Source: an uncultured Microthrixaceae bacterium (GTDB lineage Bacteria > Actinomycetota > Acidimicrobiia > Acidimicrobiales > VFJN01). Taken from it: DNA of 64,000 nt. Numbering within the stretch: the first letter of the stretch is position 1; every line of letters begins with the position of its first letter. Location: the NCBI GenBank assembly GCA_963846555.1, contig CAWJWI010000004.1:1534142-1598141 (forward strand). Reading direction: 5' to 3'. The notes under the pieces were generated by a model that saw only the letters and a list, made by a program, of their open reading frames with translations, was not told the DNA's origin and did not search any database. Below are positions 1-10,326 of the stretch, in pieces. The position numbers and the translations under genes were made by a program.

Positions 1-1149
1 GCGGGCGCACGCGGCGTGGTGGCTGCGGCCAGCTACGAGGCTCGCGTCTTCGGCGTGCACTCCGCCATGTCGTCGGTCCAGGCCCAGCGCCTGTGCCCGC
101 ACGCCATCTTCGTGGGCGGGGACCACGACCACTACGCCGAGGTCAGCAAGGCCATCATGACGATCTTCGGGTCGTTCACCCCGCTCGTGGAGGCTCTGTC
201 GCTCGACGAGGCCTTCCTCGACGTCACCGGCTCCCGGCGGCTCCACGGCGACGGTCCCACGATCGCGGCAGCCATCCGCCAGACCATCCTCGACCAGGAG
301 GGGCTGGCATGCGCGGTGGGCGTGGCCCCGTCGAAGTTCGTGGCCAAGCTGGCGTCGCAGGCAGCCAAGCCCAAGGTGGGTCGGCACGGTCCCGAACCAG
401 GCCTCGGCGTGAAGGTCGTGGACCCGGGGGAGGAGCTGGCCTTCTTGCACCCGCTGCCCGTCCAGGCTCTCTGGGGCGTGGGGCCCAAGACGCTGGAGAA
501 GCTGCACCGCCTCGGCATCGACACCATCGCCGACCTGGCCGACACGGCTGAGCACTCCATCGTCGCGGCCCTCGGGCCGGCCAGCGGCACCCACCTCCGG
601 CGCCTGGCTCACGGCATCGATGACCGGGACGTCGTGCCCGACCAGCGGCCCAAGTCGATCGGTCACGAGGAGACCTTCGCCCGCGACCTCCGCAGCTTCG
701 ACGCGCTGCACCACGAGCTGGTGCGCCTCGGGGACTCGGTCGCCAGCCGCCTGCGGGGGGCCGGCGTGGCCGGCCGCACCGTGTCGATCAAGGTCCGGTT
801 CCACGACTTCCGCACGATCACCCGGTCGGTGACCCTCCCGTCCGCTGTGGACACCGGTCCCGACGTCGTGCGGGCCGCCACCGAGCTGCTCCGTCGGGTC
901 GACCCCACGTCGGGGGTGCGGCTGCTCGGCATCCACGTCAGCCAGCTGGCCGACGGCGCGGCCCGTCAGCTGAGCCTGGACGACATCGAGGCCCCCTCGT
1001 GGGACGACGCCACCGGGGCCATCGACGCCATTCGGGCCCGCTTCGGGTCGAGTGCCATCGTGCCTGCCTCGCTCGCCGGCCCCGAGGGCATCCGGGTCAA
1101 GCGGCGCGGCGATCAGCAGTGGGGGCCGACGGACATCAAGGGCCGCTGA
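1..1149 (+). CDS. dinB: DNA polymerase IV (Y-family), 5'-truncated by the window edge
   Basis: Frame open from base 1; Y-family motifs RGVVAAASYEARxFGVHSAM, SLDEAFLD, K(F)VAKLAS, LWGVG, KSIGHEETF and C-terminal little-finger domain VRLLGI. Confidence 0.95.
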   Translation, partial: AGARGVVAAASYEARVFGVHSAMSSVQAQRLCPHAIFVGGDHDHYAEVSKAIMTIFGSFTPLVEALSLDEAFLDVTGSRRLHGDGPTIAAAIRQTILDQEGLACAVGVAPSKFVAKLASQAAKPKVGRHGPEPGLGVKVVDPGEELAFLHPLPVQALWGVGPKTLEKLHRLGIDTIADLADTAEHSIVAALGPASGTHLRRLAHGIDDRDVVPDQRPKSIGHEETFARDLRSFDALHHELVRLGDSVASRLRGAGVAGRTVSIKVRFHDFRTITRSVTLPSAVDTGPDVVRAATELLRRVDPTSGVRLLGIHVSQLADGAARQLSLDDIEAPSWDDATGAIDAIRARFGSSAIVPASLAGPEGIRVKRRGDQQWGPTDIKGR

Positions 1150-1224
1150 ACCGGCGCCCTCGCGTTGTTCCCCGGGAGGGGCTGTGGGAAGATGGCCCCG
1201 TTCCAGGGCAGAGGGGAAGGCTCC

Positions 1225-1608
1225 GTGCCGCTTTCCGAAGACGAAGAACGCATCCTCAGCGAGATCGCCCAGCAGTTCTACGCGGACGACCCTGAGTTCG
1301 CCCGTGGCGTCGGTGAGACCACGCTCTTCACCCACACCGTCCGGCGCATGAAGTGGTCGGGCTTCGGGTTCGTCGTCGGCGTCGTGTTCCTCGTGGCCAC
1401 GCTCTCCACCAGCTACCTCCTGGCCTTCGGCGGCTTTCTCCTCATGCTGGCCTGCGCCCTCTACTTCGAGCGCAACCTGCGCAAGCTGGGCAAGGCAGGG
1501 CTCGAGCAGATCACCGGCTCGATGAAGGCCACCGGCCTGCGCGATGCCCTGGGCGGAGCCAAGGGCAAGATGCGCGACCGCTTTCGCCGCGCCGACGACG
1601 ACCAGTAG
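1225..1608 (+). CDS. DUF3040 family membrane protein
   Basis: GTG at 1225 after purine-rich GAGGGGAAGG; N-terminus PLSEDEERILSEIAQQFYADDP followed by two hydrophobic helices, typical of the actinobacterial DUF3040 found near dinB/mraZ. Confidence 0.85.
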   Translation: MPLSEDEERILSEIAQQFYADDPEFARGVGETTLFTHTVRRMKWSGFGFVVGVVFLVATLSTSYLLAFGGFLLMLACALYFERNLRKLGKAGLEQITGSMKATGLRDALGGAKGKMRDRFRRADDDQ

Positions 1609-1618
1609 CCGCGGCCGC

Positions 1619-3999
1619 TCAGTCCCGGTCGGCCGAGCCCACCAGCTGGCGCTCGGCTTCGAGGTCGCCGCGCACGGTCGTGGTGATGCGCCGCTGGCGC
1701 AGGGCCCGCTCCGTGCGCCAAGTGCGGGCGACCGGTCGCGGGTCGAGCCAGCGCCGGATGCGGTCGGGTCGGGTGGCGGCAGCCCGGGCCGCGGCACCAA
1801 TGGCGACTGCTGCCTCCTCGGCCAGCTCGGCTGAGAGCTCGTCGGCCCCGTGAGGAGAGTAGGTCGCCTCCTCCAGCTGCCGGGTCAGGCACAGGGCGTC
1901 GTCGGCCACGGTCTCGCCGGGCACTGCGGCCGAGAGGCGTCGGGCTCGCTCGTCGAAGGTGTCGCTGCGCACCTCGGTGAAGCCGACCAGGGCGGCCTCC
2001 TCGACGGCTTCGGTCCAGGCCAGCGCGATCCGGTCCTCCGGCCCGTCGACCCGACGTCGACGCAGGTGGCGGTGCACGAGGATGGCGAGGGGGAAGAGGA
2101 GCATGTAGGCGAGCAGGACCAGCGCCACGATGGGGAGGACCCGGGCAGCCGGCCGCAGGAGGAACCTGGTCAGGAGGGACGGCTCCTTCTCTCCAGTCCC
2201 CTCGCCAGCCCCGCTTCCGGGTGCCGGCGACCTCGGGGTCGCGGAAGGACGGTGAGGTCGTGGGGAGGGTGGGGATCGTGGCGTCTGCCGTCGTGGGGGT
2301 GCCTACGTCGCTGCCCCCGGGCTGGCCCGCGGTGGCCTGGGCGAACGGCACGCCCGTGTAGCTCTCGGCGAACGGCTGGCCCCGGCCGGGAGTTGGCTCG
2401 AAGCTCACCCAGCCGGCACCGGCGAGGAACACCTCGGGCCAGGCGTGGGCGTGCTCGCCGCGCACCGTGTAGAGGTCCGGGTTGGCCGGGTCCTCAGCGA
2501 CGCCGGTCGTGAAGCCGACGGCGACTCGGGCGGGCAGGCCGATCGCTCGGGCCATCGCCGCGAACGAACCGGCGAACTGCTCGCAGTAGCCCCGCTGCAC
2601 GTCGAACAGGAAGCTCTCCAGCACGTTCGAGCTGTGGCCGGCGCTCACGCTCAGGTCGTAGACGAAGGTCCGGAGGTGGTCTTGCAGGGCGAGGGCCTGC
2701 GCGTACGGGGTGTCGGCGCCGGCGGTGAGCTGCGCAGCCAGCTCGCGCACCCGCGGGCTGAAGTCCTCGGGCAGGTCGAGGTAGGTGTCGCTGATGTCGC
2801 CGGGCACGTCGCCGCCTGCGCCCGCCAGCGCGTCTGCGCGTGAGCCGCGGCGCGGCGGAGGACACGCTGTAGGAGATGCCATCGCTCGAGTCGATGCCCC
2901 TGTCGACGATGAGCGTGGCCGACTCCTCGTCGTACAGGACCTCGACGCCCTCCGCCTCGAGCGTGCGGGGTTCGTAGGCGCTCGGGAGCCAGATGGCGGA
3001 CAGGGCGCGGATGTCGAAGGCCTGGGTGAAGGTGGAGGAGGCGATCGGAGCGGAGAGGGCGGTGGGAAGGGCGCCGTCGGCCTCGCTGTAGCTGCCGCTG
3101 GAGGACCAGATGCGGCCGTCGAACTCCTCCAGGGAGGTCAGCCGCCAGTAGGCGGGCTCCGGAGATCGGACCCCGAAGACCTCGACGTCGGCCTGGTTCA
3201 CGATTCGCGACCTGATGTCGACGAGGGGGCTGATCGTCACCCGGGAGTCGTCGCCTTCGCGCAGCGACCGCGGGTCGAGCACGCCGGGGGAGCCGGCCCC
3301 GGGCAGGGCGGGGCCGAAGACCACGCCGGTGACCACGGCCAGCGCGGCCAAGGCGGCGCCAACGGTCAGGAGCGAGCGGTGACCCTGCTCGCGTCGCTCA
3401 GCCACCCAGTGGCTCGTTCCGTCCTGGCGGGCCAGGCGGTGCAGGAGCAAGAAGCCGAGCAGCGAGGCGGCATAGATGCCGACGGCCCAGCTCCGGCCCC
3501 GGGGCGTGCCGAGCAGGGCGGTGAAGAGGAAGAGGGTTCCCGCCGGCAGCGTGGCCTCGAAGGGAACCCAGAGGCGGAAGGCGGCCCAGTCGGCCACGTA
3601 GGCCACGCACCAGAGGGCCACCGCGCTGGCCAGCACGAAGCCGGTCTCGACGGGTGCCGGGGCGATGACGTCTTGGTAGAGCGTCCAAGCCGCGCTCAGA
3701 TCGTCCGACATCGTCGCCCACGTCTCGCCGGTCGGGACGCCAAGGACCGTTGTCGACCAGTAGGACGTCCATGTCGCCACGCACGCCGCTCCGGCGACCA
3801 TGACCGCGGCCGTCACTGAGAGGGCCAGGCCGCGCCGCCGGCAGATGGTCACGGTGATGTGGGCTGCGACGGAGTTGACGACGAGCGGCAGAAGCCAGCT
3901 CGAGCCCTCGAAGAGGCGGCTCATACCGAGCACCGCCGACAGCGTGACGGCGGCGAGGGCGATCTCCGCCGCGGTGACGAGGGAGTGGTCGCGCCTCAC
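1619..3999 (-). CDS. Membrane transglutaminase-like protein (TgpA/DUF3488-type), split by about 2 apparent indels
   Basis: Stitched from ORFs 2494..5103 (TM region, YWRLTSLEEFDG), 1461..2882 (GYCEQFA, HAHAWPEV, FEPTP catalytic motifs) and 1619..2128 (C-terminal TM plus helical domain); GTGA start/stop overlap at 3996-3999. Confidence 0.85.
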
Positions 4000-5206
4000 C
4001 GGATGGCTCCGACCCGGTTCGAGACGCCGCGGCCCGAGCTGCGGGCCACCTGCTTCCAAGCCGTGACGAACGGAGCGTCCCGGGTCACGCGCAGGACCGG
4101 ACCGCCTGGGCTCGTCACCGATCGGGGCGCTCGGGTCCCACGCCGACCGGTCGATCTGGACGATCGTGAGCGACCCGTAGCGAGGCCGGAGGCCGCTGGC
4201 CGCCTTCAGGTCCTCCGGGCTGACCTCGGCCAGGAGCACGACGAGGGATCCACCGCTCGAGTGGCGGTTCAGCAGCTCGACTGACCGGCGCAGGCTGCCC
4301 CCGGCGCGGCGGGCACCACGGCGAGGTGCTCCATGATCGCCTCGACGTGGTCCGAGCCGGGCGCGAAGTCGGAGTCGGAGCCGGCCGTCGTGACGAGGCG
4401 GATGAGGTCGTGTCGGCGTGCCGTCGCAGCCACGATGCTGGCTGCCGCCGACACGGCCACCTCGAGCGAGTCGCCTGAGTGGGCCGACTTGCGCACGTCG
4501 AGCAGAACGGTGGTGCGACCCTGCCAGGGGAGCTCGTTCTGGCGGACGAGCAGCTCGTCGTGGCGGGCCGAGGAGGGCCAGTGGATGCGGCGCAGGTCGT
4601 CGCCGACCACGTAGGGCCGCAGGGCGTAGAAGTCCTCTCCGGTTCGGCCCAGCGAGTTGGGCTGGCGAGCGCCGGCGAGCGGGTCGTGCCCGGTCGTGTA
4701 GGGCAGCGGCTCGATCTGGTCGATGTGCGGGTAGACGGTGACCTCGACGGCCGGGGCGGCGACCGTGGCCACGGTCGTGAGCCCGAACGGATCGCCGATC
4801 ACCACCTCGAGCGGCCCGACCTGCGATGAGGCCGCGACGATCGGTGGGCAGGCGGTAGGCGGCGACGGTGCGCTCCGCTCGGCCCAGCGGCGACACGAGC
4901 AGGTCTGCGCCGCGGGTGCCGGAGACGGGGTCGAGGAGGCGCGAGCACCGGGGTGCGGGCGGCCCGGCGGTTGCGCATCGTGAGCTCGACCCGGGTCGGG
5001 GTGCCGACGTGGACGCGGGCGGGGTGCACGGCCCTCGCCCACCTCGAGCTCGAGGCGCGACGCCCCGACCGCGAGCACGAGCGTCACGAGCAGCACCGCG
5101 CACGACCAGGCCGAGCGCGAACAGCTCGGAGAGCCCGAACAGGCGACCCGCGAGCGAGGAGCACGACGGCGCCGAGGGCGACGAGCCAGCCCTGGCGGGT
5201 GAGCAT
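3996..5206 (-). CDS. DUF58 family protein (MoxR partner), several apparent indels
   Basis: [12 protein letters not shown] start at 5206; motifs DPFGL and EDFYALRPYVVGDDLRRIHWPSSAR; LEVAVSAAASI. Confidence 0.85.
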
Positions 5207-6209
5207 CAGCGCCCCGCCACGGGCTAGCGGGGCTTGCCGGCCGGGACGGGCACGGCCCGCAGGACCTCGTCCAGCGCGTCGGCCGGCGGTGATGCCCTGG
5301 AGCTGGGCCTCGGGGGTCACGAGCAGGCGATGGGCGAGCACCGGCTCGGCCAGTGCCTTGAGGTCGTCGGGCATCACGTAGCTGCGGCCCTGGGCCGCGG
5401 CCCGCGCCCGGGCCACGCGCTGGAGGGCGAGCGTGGCTCGAGGCGACATGCCGAGGGCCAGGTGCGGGTGACGGCGGGACGCTTCGGCCAGGTCGACGAG
5501 GTAGCGCCTTCAGGGCGGGGGCCACGTGGACCGCCGCGCGGCCGCGGTGGCCAGCCGCTCGATCTCGCGCGGCCGTGACGACCGGACCGATGTCGTCGAG
5601 GGCGTCGTGGTCGCCGTGCGTGTCGAGGATCTGCAGCTCGGCTCAGGTGACGGGTAGCCCGACCGACACGCGCATCAGGAACCGGTCGAGCTGCGACTCG
5701 GGCAGGGGATAGGTGCCCTCGTGCTCGATCGGGTTCTGCGTGGCGATCACCATGAACGGGTTGGCCAGGTGGTACGTGGTGCCGTCGACGGTGACCTGTG
5801 CCTCGGCCATCGCCTCGAGCAGGGCGGACTGCGTCTTGGGCGAGGCCCGGTTGATCTCGTCGGCGAGCACGATGTTGCTGAAGACCGGACCGGGGCGGAA
5901 CTCGAACTCGCTGGTGTTCCGGTTCCACACCGTCAGGCCCACCACGTCGGTCGGCAGCAGGTCGGGCGTGAACTGCAGGCGCCCGAAGGTCGCCGTCGAT
6001 CGATGCGGCCAGGGCCTTGGCCAGGCTCGTCTTGCCCGACGCCCGGCACGTCCTCGATGAGCAGGTGGCCCTCCGAGACCAGGCACAGCAGCACGAGCTC
6101 GATCACGTCGGGCTTGCCCTGGATCACCTGCTCGATGTTGGCGACGACGTCGCCGTAGCGGTCGGCGAAGGTCGCTCCGTCGAGCGGGGGTCTGCTGCCT
6201 CGTGGCCAC
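5206..6209 (-). CDS. MoxR family AAA+ ATPase, several apparent indels
   Basis: [12 protein letters not shown](K) Walker [65 protein letters not shown]. Confidence 0.92.
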
Positions 6210-6306
6210 CAGGTGCGCTCCTCAGCGTCGTTGCGCGGCCTGGCAAGGCTAGGCCGCTCCACCACCCGTGTGACGCCGCGCCCACCTGAGTAGGTTCCGG
6301 CCGCCG

Positions 6307-7192
6307 ATGGCGACCGTTCTGGCCGTCGACATCGGCGGCACGAAGCTGGCCGCCGGCACGGGTGGCTGTCGACGGCGACCCTGCTCGCTCGGGCGGCCCG
6401 ACGCCACCCCGACCGATGGCGCCGCCGAGGACGCTGCTCGCGGCTCTGCTCGCCGTGGTCGGACGAGGTGCGCACGGGCGACGAGGTCGCCGTGCGGCGT
6501 GGGGTGCGGCGGCCCGATGACGGCCGGCGGGGCGCGACGTGTCGCCGCTGAACATCCCTGCCTGGCGGGACTTCCCGCTGCCGGCCCGACTGCGAGGCGA
6601 GCTCGGCCTGCCCGTCACCGTCGACAACGACGCCAAGGCCCTGGCCCTGGGCGAGGGGTGGGTGGGCGCGGCGCGCGGGCGAGCGGGACTTCCTCGCCAT
6701 GGTCGTGTCGACCGGCGTCGGCGGTGGGCATCGTGCTCGACGGCCGCCTGCTCGACGGCGCCGACGGCAACGCCGGCCACATCGGCCACGTCATCGTCGA
6801 GCCCGAGGGCCGGGCGTGCGCGTGCGGGGCTCGCGGGTGCCTCGAGGCCGAGGCGTCGGGCACGGCGATCGCGGCCCGCACGGGGCGCGCCGCCTGCCGA
6901 GGCCCCGCTCGAGGAGCGCGAGCGGGCCGGCCGGCTCGTCGGGCCGGGCCGTGGCATCGGTCGCCAACCTGCTCGACCTGCGCCTGGCGGTGGTCGCCGG
7001 CTCGGTGGCGCTCGGCTTCGGCGACGCCGTTCTTCGCCGCCGCCACCGGCCGAGCTCGAGCGCTCGGCTCGCCTCGAGCTTCTCGTCGGGCGCCCGCATC
7101 GTGCCCGCCGGCCTGGGCGACGACGGGCCGCTGGTCGGGGCGGCCGCGCGTGGCCTGGCGGGCCCGCGGCATCGACGTCGGCGTCGGCCTGA
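6307..7192 (+). CDS. ROK family sugar kinase (glucokinase-like), multiple apparent indels
   Basis: AVDIGGTK, DNDAKALALGE, VVSTGVGGG, GNAGHIGH, CACGARGCLEAEASG zinc motif distributed over shifted frames. Confidence 0.85.
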
Positions 7193-7216
7193 GGCGCAGG
7201 ACTACCGTCGGCGGCG

Positions 7217-8488
7217 ATGGACCCGACCTACCCGCCCGAAGCCGACGTCGTACCGGGAGAAGGTGCAGGCCTTCCTCGCCGAGCACCTGCCCGCCGACTG
7301 GCACGGGCATCGGCGCCCTGCGCCCACGACGCAGGTCCGCCGCGTTCATCGACACGTGGCGGGCCACCCTGGCCGAGCACGGCTACCTGGCCTCGTCGTG
7401 GCCCACGGAGTACGGCGGCCCGGGCCTGACCGCCCTCGAGCAGGTGATCCTGGCCGAGGAGTTCGCCCGGGCCGGCGTGCCCACCGGCGGGACGAACGAC
7501 GTGTTCTCGATCCAGATGGTCGGCAACACGATCCTCCAGTGGGGCACCGAGGAGCAGAAGCGCCACTTCCTCCCCCGGATCCTCTCGCGGCGAGGACATC
7601 TGGTGCCAGGGCTACTCCGAGCCCAACGCCGGCTCCGACCTCGGGAACCTCGGCTGCCGGGCCGACCCTCGACGGCGACGAGTGGGTCATCAACGGTCAG
7701 AAGATCTGGACCTCGGCCGGCCACCTGGCCAACTGGATCTTCGTGCTGACCCGCACCGACCCCGACGCGCCGAAGCACAAGGGCATCACGTTCCTGCTCT
7801 GCCCGATGGACCAGCCCGGCGTCGAGGTGCGACCGATCAAGATGATGTCGGGCGACTCGGAGTTCAACGAGGTCTTCTTCACCGACGCCCGCTGTCCCGA
7901 AGGAGAACGTCATCGGCGAGGTCAACGGCGGGTGGGCCGTGGCCATGACGCTGCTCGGCTACGAGCGGGGCGAGGCGGCCGCCACGTTCCCGCTGATGTT
8001 CCGCACCGAGCTCGACCGGCTCGTGGCCCTGGCCACGCGAGCGGGGAGCCACCGACGACGCCCAGATCCGCCAGCGCCTGGCCTGGTGCCCACACGAAGG
8101 TCGAGGTCATGCGCTACCTCGGGCTGCGGTCGCTCACCAGTTCCTCGCGCGGCCACCAGCCCGGCCCGGAGTCGGGCATCTTCAAGCTCTACTGGAGCGA
8201 GTACCACCGCGAGCGTGACCGAGCTGGCCGTCGACATCCTCGGCGCCCGAGGCGATGGCACCGAGCGGTCGGTGGCCCGCGTCGTCGTTCCAGACCGACG
8301 ACCCGGGTGCGCCCAACGACAGCGCCAGCTGGGTCGGCACGTTCTTCAACGCCCGGGCCGGCACGATCTACGCCGGCTCCAGCGAGATCCAGCGCAACAT
8401 CCTCGGCGAGATGGTGCTCGGCCTCCCGAAGGAGCCGCGGGGCTCCACGCCGGTGTCCTGGCGCGACGACCAGGCCGCTCGCTCCTGA
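7217..8488 (+). CDS. Acyl-CoA dehydrogenase, multiple apparent indels
   Basis: [62 protein letters not shown]; TACCGT -10-like hexamer 8 nt before the ATG. Confidence 0.9.
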
Positions 8489-8503
8489 GCTGCGACCTGG
8501 GCG

Positions 8504-8739
8504 GTGCGGGCCATCGTTGCCGTCCTGCCCCATCCCGTCTCTGTGGCCACCGGCGCTGCGCCAGGCCCTCCGCCTGGCTGGCCGCGGGTGGTGGCGCCGC
8601 CCGCCGTTCCTGCCCCTGCCCGACCCGGACGTACCTGCGCTTCCGGCTGGAGACGGCCTACGGCGGCGCCGGCGACCAGCAACCCCGCCCGGAGGATCTC
8701 GTCACGTACCTGCGGTGGTGTCGAGACTTCCCTGCGTAG
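8504..8739 (+). CDS. Small hypothetical protein (about 78 aa, stitched across apparent indels)
   Basis: Pieces MRAIVAVLPHP / LRQALRLAGRGWWRRPPFLPLPD / YLRFRLETAYG...EDLVTYLRWCR read as one protein-like sequence filling the gap between two genes. Confidence 0.55.
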
Positions 8740-8831
8740 ATGCCGGCTCCGGGCGTCGCTGGCGCCTGACCGGCTGCCTCTACGGGCGCGAACTGCAGCC
8801 CAGCGGGCACCGGCCGGGTAGCGTTCCGGCG

Positions 8832-9341
8832 ATGTCGCGCGCACTCGTGCTCAACGCCACCTACGAGCCGCTGTGCGTGGTGCCCAGCCGCCGAGCCGTC
8901 GTGCTCGTCCTCGCCCACAAGGCGGAGGTGCTCCACGACACGGGCGAGGCCCTGCACTCCGAGCACCTCGCGGTGCCCGTCCCGTCGGTCATCCGGCTGC
9001 GCACGTTCGTGAAGGTGCCGTACCGGCGCCGGGCCCCGCTCAACCGGCGCGGGATCTTCGCCCGCGACGGCCACCGCTGCCAGTACTGCGGCGCCGCGGC
9101 CGAGAGCATCGACCACGTGGTGCCCCGCAGCAAGGGGGGCGAGCACGCGTGGGAGAACGTGGTGGCCGCGTGCCGCCCGTGCAACGTGCGCAAGGGCGAC
9201 CGACTGCTCGCACGACGACCGCCATGGAGCTCCGGCGTCGGCCCGCGCGCACCCCGTGAGCTCACCTGGGTGATCGTCGCCGTGGGCGCCGTGCCCGAGC
9301 ACTGGGAGCCCTACCTCCACCCCGCCACCCTGTCGGCCTAG
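8832..9341 (+). CDS. HNH endonuclease (McrA-like actinobacterial family)
   Basis: MSRALVLNATYEPL, PSVIRL, IFARDGHRCQYCG, IDHVVPRSKGG, WENVVAACRPCNVRKG; TAGCGT 7 nt upstream of the ATG. Confidence 0.9.
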   Translation: MSRALVLNATYEPLCVVPSRRAVVLVLAHKAEVLHDTGEALHSEHLAVPVPSVIRLRTFVKVPYRRRAPLNRRGIFARDGHRCQYCGAAAESIDHVVPRSKGGEHAWENVVAACRPCNVRKGDRLLARRPPWSSGVGPRAPRELTWVIVAVGAVPEHWEPYLHPATLSA

Positions 9342-10006
9342 TGCCGGCTTGGGAGGTCGTGCGGCGGCGCGAGTCGGCCCGCACCTTTCACGAGCGGGCC
9401 CTGCCCGAGCCGGCGGGCAGGGCCGTGTGGGTGTGCGAGCCGACCGGTCCGGCGCTCGTGCTGGGCAGCGCCCAGCGCGACGACGTCGTCGACCACGCCG
9501 CGTGCGCCGAGGCCGGCGCCGAGGTGGTGCGTCGGCGCAGCGGGGGAGGAGCAGTGCTCGTCGGGCCCGGCGACCTGCTCTGGCTCGACGTGATCCTCCC
9601 GGTGGGCGACGACCTGTGGGACGACGACGTAGGTCGGGCATCGCACTGGCTGGGCGCGGCATGGGCAGCAGCCCTGGCCGAGGTCGACGTGGCCGCGAAC
9701 GTGCACCGCGGCGCGATGCGGCGGCCCGAGTGGTCGGAGCTCGTCTGCTTCGCCGGCCTGGGTCCGGGCGAGGTGACCGACGCCCGAGGGGCCAAGCTCG
9801 TGGGCATCTCCCAGCGTCGCACCCGCGCCGCGGCCCGCTTCCAGTGCGCCGCACTGGCCCGCTGGGAGCCGACGGACCTGGTGCTGCTGCTGGCGCTGTC
9901 ACCGGCTGATCGCGAGCGGGCCGCCGCCGACCTGGCGGGCGCCGCCGCGGGCGTGGACGCGCCGCTCGACGACCTTCTCGCCGCCTTCCTGCGCAACCTC
10001 CCGTAG
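9341..10006 (+). CDS. Lipoate-protein ligase A / BPL-LPL family catalytic domain protein
   Basis: LVLGSAQ, VVRRRSGGGAV, KLVGISQRR motifs; start overlaps the HNH stop codon. Confidence 0.75.
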   Translation: MPAWEVVRRRESARTFHERALPEPAGRAVWVCEPTGPALVLGSAQRDDVVDHAACAEAGAEVVRRRSGGGAVLVGPGDLLWLDVILPVGDDLWDDDVGRASHWLGAAWAAALAEVDVAANVHRGAMRRPEWSELVCFAGLGPGEVTDARGAKLVGISQRRTRAAARFQCAALARWEPTDLVLLLALSPADRERAAADLAGAAAGVDAPLDDLLAAFLRNLP

Positions 10007-10039
10007 CCGCCCGTCCCCAACAGCCAACAACCCAGACCG

Positions 10040-10149
10040 AGGTTGGGGGCATGGCGGTGCCTGCGGGGGACCGTGGTGCCCCGAACCTGTGGCCAGGTCG
10101 GGGTTGGGGGCACGGCGGTCCCTGTGGGGGACCTTGGTGCCCCCAACCT
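10040..10149. repeat. Two tandem 48-nt palindromic (REP-like) units, period 61 bp
   Basis: 10041-10088 and 10102-10149 differ at 5 of 48 positions; unit 2 has a perfect 12-bp inverted repeat GGTTGGGGGCAC/GTGCCCCCAACC plus inner GGTCCC/GGGACC. Confidence 0.85.
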
Positions 10150-10215
10150 CACCTGGGGGTGGACCTGGGGTCCGATGGCACTGACGCGCCGTCGCGAGGC
10201 AGCCTGAGGAGGTCA

Positions 10216-10258
10216 ATGGCAGGAGATGGTTGACCATGGAGGGTCGAAGGCATAGGTT
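10216..10258 (+). promoter_or_regulatory. Housekeeping-sigma promoter of mraZ/dcw with 10-bp-phased ATGG repeats (putative MraZ operator)
   Basis: TTGACC (10230-10235)-N17-TAGGTT (10253-10258); ATGG at 10216, 10226, 10236. Confidence 0.65.
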
Positions 10259-10326
10259 GGCAGCCAGCGGAGGCCAGGAGGGGGTCCTGGGCGCCGCTGT
10301 CCCGACGACACCACCAAGGCAGCGAC

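Noticed and set aside
2494-5103. Apparent DUF58-transglutaminase fusion ORF
   Set aside because: A GTGA stop/start overlap at 3996-3999 indicates two genes, and the read-through comes from a frameshift in the DUF58 3' end.
6699-9341. Apparent 880-aa ROK-ACAD-HNH fusion ORF
   Set aside because: It is a chimera created by indels. Each gene has its own start signal and stop once the frames are stitched.
8832-9341. HNH gene as a homing endonuclease or the mobiliser of the hairpin family
   Set aside because: It resembles the ordinary chromosomal actinobacterial HNH family, with no intron, intein or terminal repeats. Nothing beyond proximity links it to the hairpins.
10040-10149. Possible mini-CRISPR array
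   Set aside because: There are only two 48-nt units with a 13-nt gap, and no cas genes or AT-rich leader.
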